Assembly (NCBI GenBank): GCA_964652185.1
Contig: CAZZDD010000001.1
Span: 20,407-84,406, forward strand
Direction: 5' to 3'
DNA: 64,000 nucleotides
Source: an uncultured Candidatus Peribacteria bacterium
GTDB lineage: Bacteria > Patescibacteriota > Gracilibacteria > Peribacterales > Peribacteraceae
Shown here: one piece after another, positions 60,116 through 64,000 of the stretch
Position numbering within the stretch: the stretch's first letter is position 1
How the letters are laid out: each line of letters opens with the position of its first letter
The notes under the pieces: model-generated
What the model saw: only the letters and a program-made list of their open reading frames with translations
The model's database searches: none
What the model was told of the DNA's origin: nothing
Program-made: the position numbers and the translations under genes

Positions 60116-60469
60116 TCACCAATAATTCGCCGTCAACTTAATTACCACCGAACAATTGTGCGCTTGCGCCAATGGTTCAGCCCATGCGCGCAACTCGCCA
60201 ACCCTGCGCTCCACTTCGCCCCACTCTATGGTTTCACCGTAGCCATACGTCAGATAATCGTGGAAAACAATATCACCTTCGTTTGCCGAGATCTGACGGC
60301 TTTCGTCGTAGTCGGATTCCATAATCGTTGTTGAGAAGCTATGGTTGCCGATCTTGAACTCGCCGTCCTTATCAGCGCCACAATCCGTCCATATCTCACG
60401 GGCTGTCTTCCGCGTGGTGCCATCGGGCGTGAAGACCGCCATCAGTATTACGTTGGGGTGCGTGCTCAT
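60116..60469 (-). CDS. hypothetical protein (117 aa)
   Basis: Co-oriented ORF. Confidence 0.55.
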   Translation of the reverse strand: MSTHPNVILMAVFTPDGTTRKTAREIWTDCGADKDGEFKIGNHSFSTTIMESDYDESRQISANEGDIVFHDYLTYGYGETIEWGEVERRVGELRAWAEPLAQAHNCSVVIKLTANYW

Positions 60470-60472
60470 TCG

Positions 60473-60847
60473 CTAGATCCTTTCGCTATCTATTGCCATC
60501 AACACAACCGGCTTGCACTTCTCTTTGGCATACTGAACCGTCCTGTATGTTCCGCCGACTTTACGTCCGTCCCATAAAGCGTACAGGATATCGCCACGGT
60601 CAACTATCTTGAAGTTACGCATGATCGGTGCCACCTTCGCTGAATACTTTTCGTAATCGGGTTTAATCACAATCAGCGTGCCGGCAGCTTCGCTCTTGCC
60701 AAGGAAGATAGCCTTGCCATGCACCTGCGTATCGAATCCGATAGCGCCGCCATGCACCCATGTTGCGCCGGGATACTCTGCTTCGATGGTAAGTAACGCT
60801 GCGTGATTGGCTAGCCGGTCACGGTGACCGGTGAAGGAGATGATCAC
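60473..60847 (-). CDS. SLOG-fold / DUF2493-like (YpsA/DprA-related) protein
   Basis: ISFTGHRD...WVHGGAIGFDTQVHGKA...RNFKIVDRGDILYALWDGRKVGGTYRTVQYAKEKCKPV follows the G-x-R ... H-G-G-A-x-G-x-D ... R-N ... G-G-T layout. Confidence 0.55.
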   Translation of the reverse strand: MIISFTGHRDRLANHAALLTIEAEYPGATWVHGGAIGFDTQVHGKAIFLGKSEAAGTLIVIKPDYEKYSAKVAPIMRNFKIVDRGDILYALWDGRKVGGTYRTVQYAKEKCKPVVLMAIDSERI

Positions 60848-61599
60848 TTGGTGGTTCCTTTCGCTACTGCTGATATATCCCTCGCCAAATCCATTGCCGT
60901 GTACCCGTCTTCAAAAAAGTATTCGTTCCAGCTGTCAGGCTTCAACTCAAGATTAGGGTGATTTATCTCTAGCGCCATCATTGCTAGGCTCCACTGTTCT
61001 TTGTCGGGAAGATCATACCACGCATCATAATCGGGCTCACCATCCTCATCAAGCGGTGCTTCATAAAAGAATCCGGCTATATCCTGATTCGGGAATTGCT
61101 GGCAGACGCTATAGCTCAGCACTACCGGCGATTTATCGTCCTTCAATAGTAACGCAATCACGTCATCCCACCCCATGCCAGCACGATACAATCCACACGC
61201 TAGCCCCTGCTGCACAATGCCGGCCAGCCATCTGCGGTTCTCACCCTTTGCCCAACAGTGAATCTCGCATTGCCCGTGAATGCGTGCAGCGAGCCTGACG
61301 GCATCGTTACCTATTGCGTACGCCGTGTTGAGCGATAGGGCGAATGGGTTGATGGGTTTGCCGTTCAGGTAAAGTTCGTCTCTCGCCTGCTGGAATGCTA
61401 CCCGAATAGAATTCTTTGATGTCTTGTCACCATGAATGTAATGGTGCGGTGGAAACAGACTCAGTATCGGCTTGCTGTAATCGCCGTAGTAATCAAGAAA
61501 TGTCCACGCTAGGCTTTCGCAAAATACACCAAAGCTTGCCCGTTCAGAACCGCTGACTTCCGCGTCACCCGTTGGGGTGTGAAAGTAGATTCTCGACAT
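60844..61599 (-). CDS. hypothetical protein (251 aa)
   Basis: Largest early ORF. ATGA-coupled to the SLOG-like gene. No motif. Confidence 0.6.
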   Translation of the reverse strand: MSRIYFHTPTGDAEVSGSERASFGVFCESLAWTFLDYYGDYSKPILSLFPPHHYIHGDKTSKNSIRVAFQQARDELYLNGKPINPFALSLNTAYAIGNDAVRLAARIHGQCEIHCWAKGENRRWLAGIVQQGLACGLYRAGMGWDDVIALLLKDDKSPVVLSYSVCQQFPNQDIAGFFYEAPLDEDGEPDYDAWYDLPDKEQWSLAMMALEINHPNLELKPDSWNEYFFEDGYTAMDLARDISAVAKGTTK

Positions 61600-61602
61600 T
61601 GA

Positions 61603-61875
61603 TTACCACCCCACCGGTGACACACGATCATCAATCATGTCGTCAACCCCCAACCCATGCTCGTCCATAAAATTCGATTTCCTCTTATCATCGCAATAAC
61701 GTTGAATGAGCAATTGGATCTGACTTACTATCGACTCGAAATCATCATCGCTCATGCGCGGTACACCAATATGACTCCAGTTATCGGCGCTTACTTCATC
61801 AGTAAAATGTTCCAACTTCGGATGAGTCACTAACCCGTCATCGCAATTTGACACAACCAACAAGGCATTATTCAT
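61603..61875 (-). CDS. hypothetical protein (90 aa)
   Basis: Coupled ORF. Confidence 0.5.
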   Translation of the reverse strand: MNNALLVVSNCDDGLVTHPKLEHFTDEVSADNWSHIGVPRMSDDDFESIVSQIQLLIQRYCDDKRKSNFMDEHGLGVDDMIDDRVSPVGW

Positions 61876-62150
61876 TTGTTATCCTTATCACTTGGGGTCA
61901 ATGTTCCGTTTAATGCACCTTCGTATGGTATGTGGGTCGTTTGTCCGCTTTCCATCTGAATCACTACAATTCCAGGTTTTATCCTGAATCCAGTAGAGTC
62001 AATAAATGCTTTTGATTCGATACGCTCAACAACCACTGGGACTTTGTACGGCAAAATTCGCCCAAGTTTAGGTGTAAGCCATTCAACCTTCTTACCTGGC
62101 AGAAGCCAATCTGCCACATCCATTTCAACATTGTATTTCATTGCATCCAC
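61872..62150 (-). CDS. hypothetical protein (92 aa)
   Basis: Coupled ORF. Confidence 0.5.
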   Translation of the reverse strand: MDAMKYNVEMDVADWLLPGKKVEWLTPKLGRILPYKVPVVVERIESKAFIDSTGFRIKPGIVVIQMESGQTTHIPYEGALNGTLTPSDKDNK

Positions 62151-62332
62151 TTATTCCCGTCCAGCATTTTAATAACGGCAATTGCAGCCGCTTCCCACCC
62201 GTCACGGATATCATCACGCAATTCTTCCCACGGTGGGATCTTCGATTCATCATAAGCTATCGCATGACGTTCATTTCGGTAAGCATTGAACATCACTCTT
62301 GCCACTGTTACCCGCTTCACGCTATCAATCAT
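62138..62332 (-). CDS. hypothetical protein (64 aa)
   Basis: Co-oriented ORF. Confidence 0.5.
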   Translation of the reverse strand: MIDSVKRVTVARVMFNAYRNERHAIAYDESKIPPWEELRDDIRDGWEAAAIAVIKMLDGNKWMQ

Positions 62333-62350
62333 TGTTAATCACTCCTCAGT

Positions 62351-62608
62351 TCAGTTGACCGGTGCCAGCACCAAGCACAGCACGCCACCTTTTACATCCT
62401 CATCATCGAAGCCACGCCTACGCAATTCATCAGTCAACCGCTCAATACCAACGTCGCCATGCCATGTTGATTTAGCGGCGTAGGTGCAATTGTCATCCAT
62501 GTCAGCAAGTGGACTGAAGCCGTTGCCCTCGGCATCCTTCTGCAAGATGACGATGCGAGTTTTATCTTCGATGCCGTTGAGTCGGTCGATTAGTTGTTGG
62601 ACTGTCAT
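62351..62608 (-). CDS. hypothetical protein (85 aa; alternative start 62626)
   Basis: ATG 62608 lies 4 nt after the upstream stop. Confidence 0.45.
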   Translation of the reverse strand: MTVQQLIDRLNGIEDKTRIVILQKDAEGNGFSPLADMDDNCTYAAKSTWHGDVGIERLTDELRRRGFDDEDVKGGVLCLVLAPVN

Positions 62609-62612
62609 TGGT

Positions 62613-62927
62613 TTACGCTTCCCCATGATTCGCCAATGCCAACAGTACGTCTGCATGGCACGCTTGATCGATTGAACACCAGCAGGCCAGATCCTTGCCC
62701 TTCAACTCGCCAGCATGTTTTAGTATCCAATCAGCCCAAGGATGTTCCTGCGGATTCTGTAAACCCACAATGAAGTCCTCAAGACACAAATCACGCCCAT
62801 TGTCGAATCCGTCATAATCCGACAGCGGGAACGGATTACCGAACTTTGTCGGACGCCCGACATACACCGCGTTATCAGGCATCTTCCATCCACGAGTGCG
62901 TTTGCGCTGAATTCGTTTTGGTGCCAC
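62613..62927 (-). CDS. DUF4326 domain protein
   Basis: RGWKMPDNAVYVGRPTKFGNPF ... LKGKDLACWCS..QACHADVLLALAN matches the DUF4326 layout. Confidence 0.7.
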   Translation of the reverse strand: MAPKRIQRKRTRGWKMPDNAVYVGRPTKFGNPFPLSDYDGFDNGRDLCLEDFIVGLQNPQEHPWADWILKHAGELKGKDLACWCSIDQACHADVLLALANHGEA

Positions 62928-62966
62928 GGTATTATCCCTTCTAGTTAGTTGACTCGATTTCGGTCA

Positions 62967-63176
62967 TCAATCACACTCCATCCAATCAAGAACCTTCAAT
63001 AAATCATCAACCGCGTCGTGACGTTCAGCCGCCCAAATCAGCGATAGCGCTTGTGATTTTAGATCAATGTCCGTAGCGTAGCATGAACGCACGCCGGCTG
63101 ATGCTGCAATTATTGAGATGATTGTAGCGTCGGGCGGGATCCGCTTCGCTAATTCTATGCGCTCATCAACTGTCAT
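62967..63176 (-). CDS. hypothetical protein (69 aa)
   Basis: ATG 63176 preceded by AAAGGA. The longer track start would overlap the upstream gene by 68 nt. Confidence 0.45.
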   Translation of the reverse strand: MTVDERIELAKRIPPDATIISIIAASAGVRSCYATDIDLKSQALSLIWAAERHDAVDDLLKVLDWMECD

Positions 63177-63420
63177 TATCTCGTCCTTTCTGCTCAAACG
63201 GGCAATCGACCGGCCCGATCCATTCGCCGTCAAACGATTCAGCGTCTAGCCACTCGCCCCAAAATGAAATGATCGGATGCTCGCGCATATTGTCCTCAGG
63301 ACGTGGAACACACAGCGCTTCTACACCTTCGATGGTGATATCTTCGTCAATCGCGATGCGTCCGTCGAACCACCACCATCCGCCGGTGGCTAAGACTGTG
63401 TCAATGGTTTCGTTTTTCAT
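63166..63420 (-). CDS. hypothetical protein (84 aa)
   Basis: Co-oriented ORF. Confidence 0.5.
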   Translation of the reverse strand: MKNETIDTVLATGGWWWFDGRIAIDEDITIEGVEALCVPRPEDNMREHPIISFWGEWLDAESFDGEWIGPVDCPFEQKGRDNDS

Positions 63421-63457
63421 GAGAGATCCTTTCTAGTTGCGCTCACGGTATGCGCCG

Positions 63458-63757
63458 TTACCATGCCGTCGTACATATCATGTCCCCACTCTTCGCTAAT
63501 GCCAACCATTCAGCTACGGTCGCAGCACAATACCGTCCGCCTTCTTCGTCCATAAAAATATCGGCAGGCACGCTACCCCTTGATGGTTCATCTTCGTAGA
63601 AATAAACAACCAACCGCTCATCCATCGGCACTTCAGTTATTACAGTATCATCGATTTCGACGTAATGTTCGGCGCAAGCAAGCTTCTCCGCTTCCTCTGC
63701 TGACTCTGCCGCTATCCAATGGCGTTCGCTATCCTCAAGTAAAAATAGTTTTAGCAT
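63458..63757 (-). CDS. hypothetical acidic protein (99 aa)
   Basis: Co-oriented ORF. Confidence 0.5.
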   Translation of the reverse strand: MLKLFLLEDSERHWIAAESAEEAEKLACAEHYVEIDDTVITEVPMDERLVVYFYEDEPSRGSVPADIFMDEEGGRYCAATVAEWLALAKSGDMICTTAW

Positions 63758-63779
63758 CTATCGCACCTCAACCGTTACG

Positions 63780-63989
63780 TTAGTCCAATTCGCCATTCAT
63801 AAATGCCGACAATTTCCCGTTGACCGTTACCATTTTACCACGACCCTGCTTTTCCACATGCACAACTTCTTTGGAAACTAAATTGGAAAGTAGATCGGAA
63901 ACCGTTGTATGAGATACGCCAATTTCATCGGCAACAGAACGATTGGATGCAGATGGATTACTCTGGTAAATAGCGATCATTCGCCTCAT
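63780..63989 (-). CDS. winged helix-turn-helix DNA-binding protein (69 aa)
   Basis: NPSASNRSVADEIGVSHTTVSDLLSNLVSKEVV is an HTH of the MarR/AsnC-N-terminal type. First gene of the visible early array. Confidence 0.6.
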   Translation of the reverse strand: MRRMIAIYQSNPSASNRSVADEIGVSHTTVSDLLSNLVSKEVVHVEKQGRGKMVTVNGKLSAFMNGELD

Positions 63990-64000
63990 TAGATCATGTT

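Noticed and set aside
1-64000. Lysogeny module (integrase, CI/Cro-type repressor, excisionase), DGR (reverse transcriptase plus template/variable repeats), retron or CRISPR-Cas components.
   Set aside because: No ORF shows integrase (R..HxxR..Y), reverse transcriptase (YxDD) or Cas motifs. The only HTH proteins are the 69-aa wHTH at 63780..63989 and unclassified small basic proteins. Absence within the window does not exclude them elsewhere in the genome.

Overview
The window is one continuous stretch of a tailed dsDNA phage or intact prophage genome, siphovirus-like with an HK97-fold capsid. I found no rRNA, tRNA, CRISPR array, transposase or integrase.

Layout:
1. nt 1-8064 (+ strand): a nucleotide-metabolism block (dCMP deaminase cut by the window edge, MazG-like, DUF4031-like, ASCH, dNMP kinase). 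It is followed by about 12 small orphan genes behind a consensus sigma70 promoter, a 522-aa orphan protein and a secreted Pro/Thr-rich protein.
2. nt 8082-8110: a bidirectional terminator.
3. nt 8263-55183 (- strand): about 47 kb of co-directional, tightly coupled genes with many ATGA/GTGA/TAATG stop-start overlaps. In transcription order:
   - SH3b-muramidase endolysin, Lar-like protein, DUF4406-like protein, metallophosphoesterase.
   - A membrane-anchored CHAT (caspase-like) protein and a cluster of mini membrane proteins.
   - A LamG / fibre-like / SGNH-esterase module and several secreted proteins, one with a Tat signal.
   - TerS, TerL, portal, MuF.
   - An AT-rich six-gene island.
   - A 976-aa 2H-phosphoesterase / prohead protease / scaffold / major capsid polyprotein.
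   - Connector genes, a glycosyltransferase with no canonical start codon, major tail protein, G/G-T chaperones with an A AAA AAA -1 slippery site, and the tape measure protein.
   - Two tail-tip proteins and a 2655-aa fibre with a C-terminal S74 chaperone domain.
   - A promoter-to-terminator moron cassette of secreted and lipoproteins.
4. nt 55342-57180: a regulatory hub. It holds a strong terminator, divergent perfect-consensus sigma70 promoters with operator-like repeats, and a small + strand gene cluster.
5. nt 57191-63989 (- strand): about 23 small early genes (SLOG/DUF2493-like, DUF4326, wHTH regulator, mostly orphans).

Most notable observations:
- The 2H enzyme domain fused to the capsid polyprotein.
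- A 37-nt box (34 of 37 identical) plus hairpin-U7 element duplicated immediately upstream of the capsid and major tail genes. A third terminator of the same build sits ahead of the lysis genes.
- The TM-coiled-coil-CHAT protein.
- The AT-rich island inside the head module.
- Four genes whose good SD-start signals are separated from the gene body by an in-frame stop or a frame change.

All domain calls come from reading motifs in the translated ORFs. No database search was run.
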